Source: Takakia lepidozioides
Lineage: Eukaryota; Plantae; Bryophyta
Length of the DNA: 64,000 nucleotides
Direction of reading: 5' to 3'
Assembly (NCBI GenBank): GCA_030704615.1
Contig: CM060732.1
Coordinates: 32,364,001 to 32,428,000 of the forward strand
Shown: positions 61,131 through 64,000 of the stretch, one piece after another
Position numbering within the stretch: position 1 is the stretch's first letter
Layout: each line of letters opens with the position of its first letter
The notes under the pieces: model-generated
The model's database searches: none
What the model saw: only the letters and a program-made list of their open reading frames with translations
Told to the model about the DNA's origin: nothing
Program-made: the position numbers and the translations under genes

Positions 61131-62176
61131 CTGAAAATTACTTGCCATTAGCCTTCCCTTTACTGCGTGTGTGCCTGGTGTGATTGCTGCTCCTAATGCA
61201 GAGTGTGTAGATTTTTATTTCTTATGTCGTAATCCTGGATTTCAGCGTTCCCACTTAATATTTGTGAGGTTCTGGAATATTGTGCAGCGGTAGCTCTTTC
61301 TGTCTTTCTTTTTTTCCTCTCTTTCTGATCAGACCCTCATCTGACGTTGGAAAGGTTGGTAAAATTAGTAGTAGTGCTTAGGGTTCACAGCAACCGCAAT
61401 AGACGCATGGGGCGAGGAACAACTCGAAGCATGGCATATGGTGGCGGGGAGAGTTCCATGAAGAGAACTTGGCTCTATCACGGAGGATCTGCCTGAAGGC
61501 AGGAGGGCCTATCCTTTTCTTGATATTTCTCTTCTTGCTCAATGGAGTTGTCTGACACCTTACAGAGAGTGCTGATTATGGAGTATGCACACGCATTTGG
61601 CGACTTTTACGGTAGTAGAGGTAGCTTATGAAATCCACGGAATGAGTTGGACAGCTTCTAGGTTGGGTGTATACAGTGTGTTTACATCAGGGAGGATAAT
61701 GATGCTGATCAGGGCAAGGTATACGTAGGAACAAGAGCGCAAAGCTGCGGGCAACAGCGGCAGAAACACTGCCGCAATGAAGTTCATGAAACTGGGAGCA
61801 AAGCTCGACAAATGAAGAACTATTTAAAAATAATAATTAAGTTGAAAATGAAGAACTAATTTTTTTAAGAGACTATAATTGATCAATAAATTTAAATAAA
61901 ATACTCATATTTCTCCAATTGTTTTTAATTCTTCTTAATTTTGTTATACATCTTTTCTTAAACGAACGTACATGATTTTTTTATTTTAGATATTTAATTA
62001 TTAAGTATTTTTTCAGTCTACTAATATCCACATTTTTACAAATTTTCAAAACCTCAAGTTTTTTCCAGATCTTAGATCCCTTCAGGTCCCTTTAGATCCA
62101 TCAATTTATATATCGTTCACCATCCACTAACATTTACGTTGCAAAATCAAATTTTTTAATTTCATATAATCTTAAG

Positions 62177-62177
<1 letters not shown>

Positions 62178-62215
<38 letters not shown>
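62178..62215. repeat. (TTA)n microsatellite
   Basis: About 12 tandem TTA units. Confidence 0.9.
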
Positions 62216-64000
62216 TTATATTTTATATTTTTTAGAACAGGGACAGAGGCCCTGGTTAGGTTTATTGCAAATTATTCGGGGAAAAAAATTAAAACCCCCT
62301 TTTACACCACGAGGCACACACACCCTTTTTCAGTGAAAGAACGAACCTTGACCCCATGTAGAGGGAATCTATCGAAACCCGACTTGACTAGAATCGAACT
62401 AGCGACATTATCGGTTTCCTACCGATTTGTATCGACCATGATCGTGGACCTTCAAGTAAGTCTAGATTGTCAGAATAATAAAGCAGTTATGTGGGCATTA
62501 AAAGTGTCTTCCTGAATATTGATCGAGGCTACCTATCCCTGGGTATAGTGAAGCCGTGAGGCTTTTGTGGAACACTTAAGATGTTTCCAATTAATGTCCC
62601 TTTCAAACTCGGGAGATGCGGTGGAGTGCTGCACGAAGTCCCCTCCATGAGGGAGGTGGCGGGTCGGACCAGATGCAGGAGTCTGGGGATTCACTCTAGC
62701 AAATGAGGCCCTGATTCCCCCAGGTGGAGCAGAACTTACGATGGCTGGCAGCTGCGATTCGAGGCTTCCGTTTGATATCTGCACATAACTGGGCCCATGC
62801 CTTCCTGGATTCAGTACCAAGATCGTTAAAAACACAAGCGAGAAGAGCAGAAGTAGTAGTTGTTTCTCCAGAAAGGGTTTTTGTGCATCTTGCTTTCCAC
62901 AGATGCCACAGGGTGCTACCCCTAAGTGTTTCAAAGACAGGACAAACAACCGCCGTGGTTTTGGTATTGGTATCATAGTTTAGAAGAAGATCAACAGCAG
63001 AGAGGTGCATGTGGTTCCAATTTGAGTAAAAGGTTTTGACAAGTGGCCATACTGTTGCCGGTGCATGACAATGAAGGAGGCAATGCTCCAAGCTTTCTAT
63101 GATTCCTGTTGCACAACAAGCACATAAGAGGGCATCCAGAAACTGCAACCATTCGCCTACTTTGAGGACTCTGTTAACTATTTGCCAGAGAAATGTAGAC
63201 ATCTTCGCTGGTCTCGATTTGTGCCATACCGACCTCCATATTGATGTCCAGTTTTCATCTCTGAAGCCATGGTGCTAATAATGCTTTGTATCCCTGTTTG
63301 GTTGTGTATGAGAAAAAAGGCTCTAGTTGCCTACCAAAATTCCATGTCCATTCTGAGGGATCAAACTGCAGCTCCGCCAAGGGCCTACCCAGTATCCACA
63401 TGAACGTGTTGGTTGTTAGCCAGGCAACAAGGGAAATCACTGGTGGCGGCTGTGGATCCATCTCTCTCAATGGGGCAGATGTCCAGCAACATACTCTGAT
63501 AGGTGTTATGGAGATGGGGGGAGAACCATCGACTGGGTTGAAGTCAGGTGGAGAACAAGTGTGACATTGTCAATGCTTAAGGTATGTACGACATGGTTGT
63601 TCAAAGTGGTCTGGCTAACAAAAAGCATTGTCAGCATGTTGTTGAGGATTGCGAGTGCCCAATAGTTGTAAGAAGGTCAAATCGGTCATGTCTGCAATTT
63701 CCCCAGCCATTGCTGATCCACAGATTGAATGAGCTCTGAGTATGATCTTCCTATCCTTGCATTGCCAAGAACTGCCGCAGTCGTGTTTTGTGGCTTTAGA
63801 GCATCATTCTGCCAAAGATGGCCAATCTGTGAAATCCCTAACTCATCCCAGGCAGACCAACGGCTGGCCTCTTTTCATTGGGAGGGTGTGGGCTTGTTGG
63901 TATTCAAGAAGAGGTTCTGCCTGAGGATCTCGAAGTAAGTGGATGGTTGTGCTTTCTGTAGAAAGCCCCTCAGCTTACTCCAGGCATGCCAAATAGCGTT
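62178..64000 (-). mobile_element. L1-like LINE 3' portion (zf-RVT), continues beyond the window
   Basis: FLWQIVNRVL..CACC..ESLEHCLLHC..VW..TLWHLWKARC; (TTA)n/T-rich tail at 62178-62233. Confidence 0.85.

Overview
Eukaryotic, intron-containing land-plant DNA. The gene set suggests a non-seed plant, but the species cannot be determined from the sequence. Apparently intact genes: a 14-exon plastid-type MATE transporter (DTX46/EDS5 subfamily, 40971-47732, -), a PGL3-type 6-phosphogluconolactonase with a transit peptide and C-terminal SKL (37243-39336, +), an OEP7-like gene (58574-58768, -), an intronless NAF-less CIPK-derived kinase (18214-19371, -) and an orphan coiled-coil ORF (17053-17538, +). 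The left 40 kb is a nested rearrangement. A CRE-type RLE non-LTR retrotransposon (4748-14416, 13-bp TSD) lies next to a decayed piggyBac transposase. Its CCHC knuckle is split by a 5.7-kb non-autonomous Pack-CACTA (CACTA TIRs, CAA TSD) carrying fragments of PLS-PPR, OSB/PDF-motif, citrate synthase and TPM-domain genes, some with intron sequence. This block, plus an inverted copy of the MATE 5' end and the PGL gene, occurs twice: 4124-23317, and 26914-39582 with a 6.5-kb deletion. The left copy splits an O-fucosyltransferase gene, and its PGL has a stop codon in the transit peptide. The right 16 kb holds MITE-like elements and L1-like fragments. All calls come from reading the sequence by eye; no searches were run.
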